NCBI GenBank assembly: GCA_964035545.1
Contig: OZ037766.1
Coordinates: 30,306,573 to 30,370,572 of the forward strand
Source of the DNA: Bugula neritina
Taxonomy: Eukaryota; Animalia; Bryozoa
Direction of reading: 5' to 3'
DNA: 64,000 bases
Shown here piece by piece: positions 1 through 13,255 of the stretch. Both the position numbers and the translations under genes were made by a program. The notes under the pieces are model-generated. The model did no database searches. It worked only from the letters and a program-made list of their open reading frames with translations, and was not told the origin of the DNA. Numbering within the stretch: the first letter of the stretch is position 1; each line of letters opens with the position of its first letter.

Positions 1-1045
1 TCTGGCCATGCAGTTTCCAATTTATGGAGGCATTATTGCTATCTTTTGATGCCATTTCAGGCAGCTTTTGCTAGTCTGCATGGATGTCCTAAAACAAGAA
101 ATCAATGCTCATCTCAATGTTTATAGACAGAGTAGTTTTTAAAAAATGAACCGTTCAAAACATTTGCTTTCACCAAAATGAAGACCGCTGGTTTGCAAGC
201 TAGATTTCCATAACCATTGCACTATACGGGGTTACTGGGTAAGCTAAAAGCTACCATACTGTTTATTTTGGTAGATGTTTCACCATTATTAGAATTCATG
301 CTAAATTACCAGCTCACAAAATTTTGGTTTGTAAAAACCATCATTAACTGGTAGAAGATTATAGAAATGATATGTAGATCAGTCCTGCTGTGTTTTAATG
401 CCCAGATTATACTTGGTCTATTATATGAATATCAGCAATTATTACAACACATACATTAGAGTTATAAGCCTAATATTATTAACAGAATATAATTGCATAT
501 ACATTGCTATATAGTTAACTTTTACATTTCTGTTGACTACTAAAATGTTGTTACAAATACAACCAACACAACGGTAAATAAATAAGAAGGTATTTTTATC
601 TTACAATTTAAATGACATGCAATGTCTTTATTCGAAAGTGCTTGCAATGGAAATTTTGCTAAATATAGCTTTTGGGGAGAAAGTTTTGAAGTTTTAGCCA
701 TAGTTCCATTTTAAAGCGAAGAATGCCAGCTAGCCTTAATATAATCTATAGTGTTAAAGTTTGCTGTAGTTGGCAATCTTATATTTACTCATTTAATTCT
801 TAATTGGCATTTTGTCAATTTTATTTTAATTGATCCCTAAGCAGTGGCACGCGTCTGAAGAAAGAATCTAATCACTCAAAAATTTCAGAAGCGGACGTGG
901 CTGTCACATTAATCATAAAGTTTTCAAATTAATTTTCTTTTTGCATCAAGATTTTAATAACTTAAAGAAATTGATTTGGCAATCTTCACTGAAGTTGCTT
1001 CTAGTTAAAATTCCTTTAGGTAAAGACATATATCTTGGGTTTGCA

Positions 1046-1052
1046 TATAAAA
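1046..1052 (+). promoter_or_regulatory. TATA box of secreted peptide gene copy 1
   Basis: TATAAAA about 30 nt upstream of TTCAATT (1078-1084), followed by a GTGAGT donor at 1111 (non-coding exon 1). The same CATATAAAAG...GTTCAATT arrangement recurs at 19626-19662 in the paralog. Confidence 0.7.
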
Positions 1053-1304
1053 GGAATCTAGCAAACTGAAGACGCTGTTCAATTTGTATCAGCTGACTCG
1101 TACGTATCTTGTGAGTATACATGCAGATTCACCTAAACAAAAGCCGTTTTTAGCAAGCCAATTGTTTTGTACAACTTATGTTTAATTTTTTCCAAAACAT
1201 AATCATCCTTTATGAAGTTTAATAGCATTTTAACTTGTTACTGTTTTTATGTTGAACACTTTTAATTTATTCTTTAATGTTATTTTTACAGATTTTTATA
1301 CAAA

Positions 1305-2215
1305 ATGAAAGTCAGCGTTTTGGCAGCAGTACTGTTAGTGAGCCTGGTCGTAGTGCTCACTTCCGCTCAACAGCTTGTCCACCCATCTGAAGATGGTAAG
1401 TAAATACGTTAAAATATAATAATTCTTTGTTATAATAATAAGTTATCAGTGTTGTGAATTAAATTAGGATTATGAAAAACATTGAGTAAGAAATTAGATT
1501 ATTTAACTTTCCACAAAATAACAATTGATTGCTAATTATTTGTTTAATACAATGTTATTGAGCTTTACAATAAACACAAGATCAGAGTTATGAGTATGCC
1601 TATGCATGTATATAATATACACCAACATATAGAATAAGTGCTAAAACGGGAGTAAAAAGAAATTGAATTACCACATTGCTTATCGTAAATATAGTTACCA
1701 AAGCAAATAATTTCAATTACCTGTTTATTAATTGATAACATTTGAAAGTTATTAAAAGAAAAAACACATGATGGTACGGTATTGTGTTGTGCAAAATATT
1801 CACATTGTCAGTGCATACAAATAATGTATTATTTCTTATTGCATAATATGTAATTTGTATTTCAATTTAGCATTGTTTTGTAAACATTTTGCTCTTTACT
1901 TATTTATCAGGTCGAACGTGTCAGCAATGTCGTAGAATTGTGATAAACCGATGTCTGGGTTTTGGAACCCGACTTCGATCTAGATGTCAGGAGAAAGCAG
2001 ATCAACGATGTGCTATAGTTTGCCAAACAACCACGGCTTCACCAACCACAACTCCTATGATGACAACCTCAATGAAACCATTCTGTAAGTTTAGATGCGG
2101 AGGAAAATCTAAATTTGGTCGCAGAGGCGGGCGTAGAAGAGGAAGCTTCAGAAGAGGTCAAGGCAGCTTCAGAAGAGGATTCTCGGGCCGAAGAAATGGC
2201 GGAGCTCAACAATAA
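1305..2215 (+). CDS. Secreted Cys-rich, Arg/Gly-rich cationic peptide precursor (131 aa; exons 1305-1395, 1911-2215); candidate antimicrobial/defence peptide
   Basis: Exon MKVSVLAAVLLVSLVVVLTSAQQLVHPSED (signal-peptide-like) ends G|GTAAGT, phase 1. It joins TCAG|GT at 1911 in frame with the ORF ending 2215: C-x2-C-x7-C-x10-C-x7-C-x3-C, Thr-rich linker, C-x3-C, RRG-rich tail. Paralog at 19920-20846. Confidence 0.85.
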
Positions 2216-4645
2216 ATATATATTTATAGTTTTTCTTTAGTATTAGCTGGCACTTTTGTTTGTTGTGGAGAATGTTTCAATGTTATTGTTATTGTTTTTT
2301 GCTGTTGCTGTTTTTGTAGCTTTTTAAAGGTGTTTTTAAATAAGCAATGTTTTGGAAATAAACTAATGCACTTGAACTTTATTTAAACCACTCATTTTCT
2401 TTTAGTTTCATCAACTTAAAAAAATTGCTCATCTCAAATGCAAAAAATACTAAAATATAGTAATTTACTGATTCATGCATTCTAATATTTGTGCTGCAAG
2501 TGTTAAACAGAAGCATAGATGCTTTAGACAAAAAGTAATTGCAAAAGTAGGTACTGTTGCTTAAAAATCATATACTTGAATAGCTTGAATGTTCTAAGAA
2601 GCATGCAAGCAGCGTGAACATGCTGCCAAATTGTCACAAATATACATCTTAATATAGTTTGATTTGTTCACATACATTTTTTGGTGCAATGGTTAATAGA
2701 ATAATTCATATTTAATTGCATGTGGCAGTTTTTAATTTAAAAACTTAATGCAGTTATTTTGATAATTATTAAGCTGATTTACTATTTTATAGTTTGTGAT
2801 GAATCAATTTATTTCTCCTTGGTAATATGAATGGTCGTTGTTTGATTCAAGAACCAGAACAAATAATAAGTTCTCTCTATTTAATGGTGTCTAAACTAAT
2901 TTAATAAAACTAACAATATTAAAGTTTCCTGCTTTATAAGAGTATTAAGTTAAACAAAAGCTATTTCTATATTTTTTCAAAGTCTTGGAGTTTTAAATTT
3001 TTGAGGAGCTGATCATATATCTAACAAATCTGACATTTTTACACACAAAAAGAATATATTTAAAATACACGAAACCATAAATTAGCGCTTAATAAAAGTC
3101 TCAATTATATATATATAGGTATTATGTATATACTTAGATAATATTCAAATTAAAACGTTTGGCTGTTTATATGTTAAAGAATTTATCCATTTATTGAAAC
3201 TATTTTATAGAATGTAAATGCTGTGATTGCTATTAAACCTTCTATATAATCATATAGAAATATAAGAATATAATGATATTTCAATTAATTAAATTTTAGA
3301 CTGTGATTACTATAAAAATGCATAAGTTCATAAGTAAAATTATTAGGAGTTTAGTTTATATGTTGGTTTGCCATAGTTATAATATATAGAGAATGGCATT
3401 GGCATGTATCTCAAGCCCATTTCCATGCATGAGCTAAATTTCAAAGCTTTATTAAAATGTTTTTGTTGTTGAATGATATACATTTAAACTTAGCATTATC
3501 CAATTTTTTTATAGTTTTGATTTGTTTGAGGTTGATATATAAAAACTGAATATAGATCGTATTAGAATGTGCCAACAAAATAAGTAAGGCTTATGTTTTT
3601 GGGCAAATGTTATATATTCTATATTATAACTGCTATATTATATAGCTGCGCTGTTAAAAAATATACTAGCAGCTTATTGGACAATATTGCTGCAAGCCTA
3701 ATTTTAATAGACTGCCATTACAGGTGATCTTAAGATCATATAAAATATCTTCGTAAACCATAAATTAAAAGCAGGAAGCTAATGTATATTAAATTATGAG
3801 TAATTTATATTGGATTAAAAAGAAGGAAGCAGTTTTTCAACGTTAGTATTTCAAGTTAAAGCCACGCTGATTCAGCATATTCAGGTTTCAGTAAGACTGT
3901 CCATGTAAATTGATTGATATAGTGAATATTACAGTGGTTATTTTTTTTGGGTATCGACTGTAGGTTAAGTAGATTAGCATGTCTTACTAGATAACTCTTT
4001 TACAACTAAGGAAGACCACTAATTCCTATTAACCATCATGGAATCAAAATTCAGGAAGCAATGCATTACAAATACCTCAACTGTAAATGGTCGTACTTCA
4101 TAATTCTAATTAAACAAGCTATGGCACGCTTTCTAATACATTAAAGAGGACATGGATGTGGTAAATATATCTATTTATGTTCCGTAATCAATCATTTGGA
4201 AAGGAAACTTGCAACTGTATTACTAGTTTAAGCAATTTTCTGGTTGCATTTTGAGCATATGTGAAAATGTATTGACAGACTATAATTAATCCTAACCCAA
4301 CTTTCAGGTCATATATGTATATGTAGTTTTTGTGTAGACAGTTTATGTTACTCATCTTGTAAAATGTTTTCTAGCATTTTCTGCTGGTATTGCAGCCTCA
4401 ACTGCTGTTAAACTTTAATTATATATTACTTAAATTTTCACAAACCAGGAGAAATCAAATGTTTTGATGTTAAAAAGAGTTGAATGCTATCGGCTAACTT
4501 TATACATAGATAATAATTTTTGATACATGAAATATAATGTCTTTTTACGGACAAAGCTGTTTCTAAACATGAGATAAACACTACAAGCACTTCGGCCTAT
4601 CTTCTTTAAAATACAACTTAACTGGAAAACAGACCGGTTGCACTA

Positions 4646-4705
4646 TATTACATCACCCCTGTGTTGACATATGCATGCATATGTTAATACAGGGGTGATG
4701 TAATA
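4646..4705. repeat. 60-bp near-perfect palindrome
   Basis: TATTACATCACCCCTGTGTTGACATATGCA|TGCATATGTTAATACAGGGGTGATGTAATA; 30-bp arms with two mismatches and no spacer. Confidence 0.9.
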
Positions 4706-7700
4706 ATTATAGTAATTGATATCCTTTGAAAAGACTCCTAAACATAAAACGGGTATATTATCATCACTTATACGCTTTTATCTAACCACAAACAATAAGA
4801 AAACTGGCTCTTCTTTCCGCTGCTAACAAAGTTTTTTTAAAAATGGTTTTGCTTTATTTTCTGTTTGCAGCTTGGTGAGTTAATTTGTCAATTGAGATTA
4901 ACTTATATATAACTCGCAGAATGTCAAAAACTACAGAATTAGAATATTATTAGAGATAAAATAGTTGTGAAATTGAAGGCAGATATAAAGTTATACAGAT
5001 AATTTGGTCTGTATTACATACATTACAGGAACAACCAAAGATAATGTAAAGTGAGTGTATGCATGTTAATGCAGTAGCATATATTTTGCTATCATTTCGC
5101 TACATTTTGACTTCTTATCTTTTTTTCCCCAGCATTTATTGGGTGATTAATTTTATTGTGATGTAAATATTTTGCTTGTTTGTATACTCGATATTATTTG
5201 TTGGCCATACTTTGCTTATAACATGTATACAGCATATATATTTCCCTGCGCGGTTATAATCTTGTGAGCATTGTAGTTTAGTTGTAGAGCTTTCAATTGA
5301 AATTTGAATGACAATATTATATAGTATAATATAACTTTTTATCTTATATTTCTTCTTTTTCTGTAACATAAAACTGCAATCAAAAGCTTTGAAGTTATGG
5401 TTATAGAAGCACTGAATACACTATAATGGCTATATAAAGTATCTCACAAATCTAAAAATTATTTTTTTTATTTTCATGCTTATATGTGTGTTAAATTTAC
5501 AAAAAAATACTAAAAAGCAAATTAAAGCTGGATCGTGCAGTGTAATTATTTTCATACAATGTAGACAGTTGAAATTAAAAACTTTCTTGCATGTAAATTG
5601 TCAATTTCAAATGTAATATGTAATCTAATATAGTATGAAATACAACATATATAAGAAGCAATGCTTCAAATTTTATATTTTTGAGAAAATGCAATCACAC
5701 TTATAAAGAAAGCACTGAATATATATGAGATTGATAATTTAGCTCTGATGCAGATTGAAGGTCACAAAATTGATTCTTACAAAATGAAAGGTTTTGCACT
5801 GAGTGAAAGAAGGTGAGGAATTTACTCATAAATTACCCTTTTTCTTTTCCTAATTAAAGAATAATAAATTATAAACCACTTCCTAAACTCTAATCACAGT
5901 TTGCTATTAATTATCAACATATCTGAAGCCATATAATCAATCATTTATATAGATATATATAATTATTAGTACAGTAAAAGTTGTAAAATATTACATTCTA
6001 TAGAAAAGTTACTATATAATTTATCTGCAACAGTTTTATATATAGTAGATGAGAATATATACATGTTGTGCTATATTCACTTTAGTAGAGAACATTCAGA
6101 TTTATTGTTTGTAGTTTAAAACTTTATGGAGTATATATTTCACTTTGAAAACAAATCAAACTGAGAAAAATAATGAGAGGTAAATTGATCATGGTATCAC
6201 GTAATTGTATATTTGTTGTGTTTTAGTATATAGAAATATTTATTGTTGCAGGCTGAAAGAAAGTAGCAATGTGAAAAGCCTTTACATCATAAGTTATAAG
6301 TGAAGTTGCAAGTGGCAAATGTTATAGAGATAAGTGAAAATGCTGAGTTATTATGCTAGTCAAAAAGCTAGGTTAGCTATTGTGCAGTATTAATAATGAG
6401 TGTGGAAAAAGCATAATAATATAGCTGGTATTATAGCTGTATTGATACATGAAAAGCTATAATGAATTAGGGAAAAGCTTTCCCAGCTTATGCAATGTCC
6501 CAACTGCAGTATTTATTCTGCATTATACATTAAGCCATGATACATGCAGAGCACTTCCTGCAGACGAGCACTTTCTCAGTACAATTTCTTGTACTAGCAG
6601 TACAAGAACTTTTTTAAAAATAGACAAATAAAAAAGCTCCAGTCAAATTGATAGCTTTTATAGTTTATGTACTTTCATTCAGTAAGGATTTTATTTACAA
6701 ATTAACAAAAATAAATAGCTAGGAGAGGTTTAAAAAGATTGAACTTTTTGTTTTCTTATAGTATAATTAATATCTTTGCATTATCAATAATCAATAGTTG
6801 AAAAACAATATAATCAAAATACATATACTATTATAATAATTGTATAAATTAAAATTTATAATAATACAGTATGCCATGACTATTCACGTAACATTTGTAT
6901 ATGCAAGCATGTGTGTGTTCATGCAGTCTGTGTGTTACCTGTGTGATAATATATTTGTTTTTGTGCTGCTTTTAATTTTATACTTCATATATTATGTTGA
7001 AAAGCATCACTATATTCATCAAGGATTTTTAAAAAAAATTGCAAATATGTTTCAATAACATAGACCATCTCACCACATATAACATACATGTTAAACTATA
7101 TATAATAAGCTCTTTAGTGCTGTTTACTCTTGTTGCATTTATTTCATTACATTATCTGATGCTATAGTAAATTTTTATATTCAGAGCAGACACAAGCACT
7201 TAAAACTTTTAGACATCAGTTTTTGCAACACATTATTAAAGGTCAATATACATATAAAAGGTCAATATACATATGACAAGTTAAAGCAAGTTTTTGTCTG
7301 AAATTAGGATTTACCTACTCTTGCTTTCATTTAGTTATTCTGTTACAATAGTTGAATTGTTACAAATACTCTCATAATTCTATATTGCTGTATAATTGCA
7401 TTTTATTACTGAGCGTTTTAATTATTTCTCGATTGTGTGCTCATATGAAAAGTACTTGAAATGCAAAGTACAGCTAAGATAAGAATTATTCTAAAAATAG
7501 AGTTGTAATAATAAGTGGTGCCAAAAGTTATAAGAAGTTTTATTATTGTTGTGTGACAAGCTTTGTTTGAAATATTGCCATAACTTGCTGTTGGATTGTC
7601 AAAATTACATGTTCACTTGGAGTAGTCTATTTCTTTTAATATATAAACAATATCAAATTCAATTAACAAACAAATGACCGCTTATTGGTCTAATCTTTTT

Positions 7701-8045
7701 ATAATAATTTTTAATCAAATATAAAATATGAAGTTTAAAAATCACTATACACCATAAAAAATGAACAGTGAAGGAGCAGTGGCCAGAAAAGCTGTCTAAC
7801 ACTACACATTATGTAACTTAGTTAGTTTCAATGACATATCACTTTTACAATTCCACTACAGATTATATAATGAATGTTTTGTATTATATATGTTATGTAA
7901 TCAATTGATTTAGATATGAGTTCAAATTTATCTTAACTAGGTTTAGCTTTACTGACCACAAAAGCTATTAGTATAAAAGTTTCACAAATTTTAAATGAAA
8001 AATGATTAATATATTATATACTGTGTTGTGATCAGGTATCAAGCT

Positions 8046-11000
8046 TTAGTCTCTTGCTATTAGATCATTATATTTTCTTGAGCAAGATGTTAGTCCATAC
8101 GAAATAAGGAAGAGAATAAATTGGGCTATGGTATACACAAAAGCAATACCTAATACAAATACAGCTGCCAGCCCTGGAGTGTTTTCCCAATCGATAACTG
8201 GATAAACAACTGTTCCAGTAACCCTCCACAAAATAATTGTAAAAAAAGCGTAGGACAAACCAAATATTACTGGCTGGTAAAAGTGGAGAATACGAGTGTT
8301 TACAGAGCTAATGTATTGCTCAGTGACCATAAGGACAAAATTGACAACGTGTACTGTAATGTTGTTGTAGGTAATATCCTGGTCACTGTAGAACAGACCC
8401 CAGTAGGTAACTGTTACTAAACCAGAACTAGGCAGAGCAATGTTATAAAATAGCCATTGAATCTTCATAAACCAGGGTAAAGGAGTTTCTTCAATTCCAT
8501 GAGCAGTCTCAGAATTTCCCTAAAATATTTTTTAAGAAACTGTAACAATGAGCATAAACTTTTAACTTGGAAAATGATCTTTGACTGTGACAATAACAAA
8601 GTATTTTTAATGGGGCAAGATGTTTTTAATGTTTTTCATGAAATAAATTATTGATTTATAATAATTATAAAAAGACAAAACTGTAATTTCTTTAATCTTA
8701 TATACACTGCTATCATAAGCATGCATTATAGAGTTATTATTATATAGTTAAATTACTACATATTTTTTAAAATTCCTTACTGCAATGATGTTACCGCATG
8801 GTAGATTTGACATTTTGAAAAGTTTAAATTCATTTGTGTAGACGCATGTGTATAATAAACATATATTAAGCTTTAATTTATAATAAATACTTCTTCATAC
8901 ACAGAGCAGACCTAAACATTTGAAAACTAATGGCTAGTTTATATACATATATTATAGCATAACAACACAACTTTTCTTTAAAACCAGGAGTTGCATTCCT
9001 TCAGGTCCTGCTATCAATTTTATTAAATACAAAAAACTAATGCAAGTGTATATAGTCATCATCTCTGTGAAAAAACCCACCTCTTCCCAAATGGAAAAAG
9101 TTTATTTTACTCGGCACAGGAGCAAATGTGACTAGATATTCTTCCTAACATGCATCACCAATGACTTTTACTGGGGTTTGCTGTATAACCCGTAGTCCAC
9201 GGCTAAAAATTTTGCTGACCACTTTTTTTAAAAATGATATTTATGTTGTCTCAGTTTGTGTCATTGTACATTTGGCAGATTTTTCTACATATAATATATT
9301 CTTTTCTTATAGAATAGAAAAAAATGTTATTACATTCAGATTGCTATAGTGACCTCTCCTAATATATTGAGATTTGATTTTATTCTAAGTTATAATGAAT
9401 TTCTAGTTTCTAACGGTTACGGTGAACTTTATTTTAAAAATTATGTTTGAAATTTGTCTTGGTAGATCAAAAATTTATCACAATTATTTGCATCTATATT
9501 ACCACATCTGCACTACTACCATACTTTAAATAGTAGAAAAAACATGTAAAAGCATCTAAAGCATTGTGTTTCAACTTCTATAATAATACAACACTTTGCT
9601 ACGATATATTTTGGTTTTATTTATTTATAGAATTTTGTTGAAGTCTTTAGCCACAATATATTGTGTTGAAATATTGTGGTTTAAATTTTTAATTACAGCA
9701 ATATAGCTTACTGCGTATAATATTTTGGTAAACTGCTCAATCCTAATTAATAGCTTGTTTTACTATACCATTATTTAAATCCAAAACTGACAACAGCTAT
9801 ATTATGCAATATACAGCATAAATGTAGTAATATGCTTTTATTTCATAGAAAATGAATAGAAATGTATGAGTCATACCTGAGAGGCAGTTTCTGATGAGTC
9901 AGCAAGTTTTCTTCTTGCAGCACGTTGTGTACACAGATAATACACACTACAACAATGTTTAATACACTGGTGCACTATATATGCACAGATATATCATAAA
10001 TGAAGAAAAAAAGTCTTCTTTTCAAAACCTAATTTCTCACACTAAATCATACCATATTGTAATAAAATATTTTTCATGCAAACATATAAATTTAGCAACA
10101 AATTTAGCGACAGTTTTTATATGGGCTAAAAGATCAGACGACTCTTAACAATTTTAACAAAAACTCTTATTAGAAGGCTCATCATGAAGCACTTGTAGTG
10201 ATTTTAAATTTAATGAGCAAGCATTGAGTTAATTATATAGATAAAGACACTTTCTTAGCTTTATTAATTTATGCAGTGACTGTACATTCATGTAAAAGTG
10301 CTAACGCATAATATATAAGGACTTTTAAGGCAGATATGAAAATTATAAGCATTCTGTAATTAATAAGAGCTGTATAATTTAATTTGCCTGCGGATTGTAT
10401 TGAACAAATATGTCTATACCAGCTAATCTTTTCACTGCATATCTCTTCACAGTTTCACAGTAACAGTAACAGATTGTAATTACATAATAGCTTTACAGGT
10501 GTGAAGCAGTACAATCACAGGTGGTTACTTTAAACACTTGAGCAGTAAATGCTGCTTCAGGCCCTTAGCATTTAAATTAGGTAATTCAAAATTTCAAATT
10601 GCAAAATAAGTTTCAACTCCTTATCACAATGCATTAATACATTTTACCTAGCTGACCTCTACTCCTGAATGCATGTTTGACATCATATAGTACTACACAC
10701 AATGGAAAGCAAATATGTTTGTGTTAATCTGTTAAATACTCCGCAGTCGTAATAATAAAAGAAGAGAATGACTGAGTTTATGTGCCTCACTACTGAATCT
10801 ATGAAATCATGCATTAGCTTTTAATCTTGAAAAACAAGAGAAGCCATTGGCAAGCTTAACAATCATGGTTTTCATGCATTTTAATGGTGAGAAAACCAGG
10901 CTAATTGGGCTGCTTATGGCATATGTTGTACAATAGCAGTATAGGTTAGGTTGAAACTTTCTGCACTTTACAAATATTCATGGCGATCCAGCACTTTTTA

Positions 11001-12122
11001 TTATGCTTTATAAAATCCATATCTTTGAGATCTACATCTAAAATGGCGAAACGGCCTGCCACATAAAAAAAGTTTTCTCTTGTGCACAACCTTAGAAAAA
11101 GCAGCAAATTTAAGGTTTTGTGTACATATCATACGCTGTCAAAATGCAAAGGTGTTTCTAAGGTATTGTGATATAATTGACTGCGCATGGGCACTATTAT
11201 TAGTTACTCTAAATTTTTGCCTGTGACTTTAGGGTTTTAGAATTTTAATAACCTATAATTTACGCATGAGAATTTCCAAATAAAATAATTTATAGCATAT
11301 AGGCGGCAAATTCAGGCATGATTACAACCATGGGGTTTCAGTAATTATACTGTATGCAGCATGAAGCTTAATAGTAAAATTAACTTATAGTGCAGCTTCC
11401 TTTACAAAATATAGCTGCTTGGTGACTGCTTAAGATTGCATAAAATTAATCGACATTAATTTGTATTTTACGTGATTTTGTCTTTAACAGTTAATTAAAA
11501 CAATGTTGTCTATGACATGATTTTGTACATAAAAAATGTGTTATGTTTTGAAATACCTATGAAGGTATTTTTCTAGGCGAGATAAAAAGCACTTTGTATA
11601 TTATCGTACTTCTATAATTTTAAACTTTACCTTGAGATGGAAGCAAACAGGAAGTAGATGGTGATGCTCAAAAAGCTCCACGTTGTGAGGTAAATGTAGC
11701 TAAGGCCATAGGTATCAGCTGTAGCATCATCAACAATAGTTGTGATGAGAGTAAGGAGAAAGGCAGATACTCTGAACAAAGTGAGTCCCAACACCCAACC
11801 TTGGTGGCTGCAGAACTAAAAAAGGACAGACAACCTTATAGCACAAAGGCAGTGTTGATTATTAAAATGCTTGAAATGTGTTCTTGAAAAAATCAGTATG
11901 ATTGCATGAATACCCAGTGGTGACTATTCTAATCCTTCTTTAACAGAAGCTATAAATAGAAAAGAAAACAACATAATGCAATTATTTTAATAAATTTTGA
12001 AGCACAATTTATGCTTTAATTATTGTACTTACCCTAGGTGCTGACAACTCCCTTTGTGTGGCATCTTGAAAGAAAACTTTCCTTCTTGTAAATTCTGCTT
12101 TGAAAGCTTCCACACAGGCCAT
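8046..12122 (-). CDS. Protein rolling stone-like multi-pass membrane protein, copy A (272 aa; exons 12122-12033, 11815-11631, 9946-9877, 8519-8046)
   Basis: Four GT-AG exons in consistent phase (0,2,0), 819 nt. Hydrophobic helices with YLTTW, KIQWLFYNIA, YWGL, HVVN and YPVIDW motifs typical of rolling stone / FAR-17a-AIG1-like proteins. Confidence 0.85.
9052..9205 (-). mobile_element. Diverged SINE copy (same family as 22183-22380 and 31362-31555), in intron 3 of rolling stone-like A
   Basis: Shares GGCACAGGAGCAA-TG-GACT-GATATTCTTCCTAACAT--CACCAATG with the two better-preserved copies; tRNA head degraded. Confidence 0.6.
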
Positions 12123-12673
12123 ACTGTACTATAGTATGTTTAACTTATATATACTCTGTACTCTAACTAGTAAGTATAAGTATAACTGAGACACCAGAAC
12201 ACCCAACACAACTTTGCTGATTGTGGTTGGCAAGAGGATGAGGTGATTATATTCTGACCAGAAACTCATATAAACTACAACTGAAACTGCTTCTACATAT
12301 CATTTGAATAACAGCCCAGCCTCCTTATGGCTGCTTAGTAACTTAAAGCTCATTATAACATGTCCGCTGGGTCATTTGTCCACTCTCAATTGAGTTTTTG
12401 TCTAGTAGCTGATCATTCATAATAGCTTTTCAAACAAACATTATCATTATTGTAGTTGCCCTGATTGTAATCTAAAAACATGTATGATTGTGCAATGAAC
12501 GTATTACATCATTCAGTGAAATAAAAACTATCAATATGCTATTATTTAGCTATTTTGAAAGCATTTGTAGTCTTTTGTTCAAGTTGAATTAAACAACTTG
12601 TTTATGGAATTTCTACCGGACTACGGCTTGAAATGGTGAAATTTACAACAACAAATTGATATATATAATTTTT

Positions 12674-12714
12674 GCACAGCAGCTGTTTCGGGATTTGTCC
12701 CCTCATCAGCACAG
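12674..12714 (-). ncRNA. Degenerate minimal type I hammerhead ribozyme core (Penelope-like element remnant)
   Basis: Minus strand reads CTGATGAG-GGGA-CAAA-TCCC-GAAAC-AGCTG: intact core boxes, stem II and a palindromic mini stem III. The NUH triplet and stem I appear damaged. Confidence 0.55.
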
Positions 12715-13255
12715 AACAGAGTACCATGGCCCACACCTTCGCAATGGAAGAAACTTATAGATTTACTAAAGCATATTTAAAAAGTGTGTAAAACCAAGCC
12801 AGAAAACTCAAGTGACTCTAGGGGTCACCTATAGGAGTCACGAGCATTGCTAAATGCTAGCAGCTTGAGTTTGTGACCATATATGGCTAGAATTCTCAAT
12901 CACCTCATGTCATTGCTGAGCATCAAGTGTGAGCATAATATCTCAATATGTGTACATATATGTACATATATATATACATATACACATTTTATTTTACATT
13001 TGTTATTTTATTCATCATTCATCATAATTACATATCTTATTGCGCAGAGCAAGTACCAGTATATAAAGTGCACAAATAATGTACATGAGTTATACTACAT
13101 TGTATCATATAAAACACAATTTGTGTAGGTAGAAGCAATTACAATAAAAACACTAAAATGTGACCCCAGATGTAGAAAAACCACTGAGCACAAGAAAATA
13201 TGAAACAAAAAAATATAAATTCAGTTTGATTACAATGTCATATTAAGCCTCAAAA

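Noticed and set aside
1-90. Possible minus-strand exon at window start
   Set aside because: All three frames after the candidate acceptor hit stops; no recognisable product.
5136-7058. Short AT-rich ORFs (5136-5369, 6449-6631, 6840-7058)
   Set aside because: Low-complexity composition, no consistent splice chain or motif.
9891-9910. CTGATGAG hammerhead-like box (also ~14377)
   Set aside because: Antisense of rolling stone exon 3; no stem II or GAAA partner.
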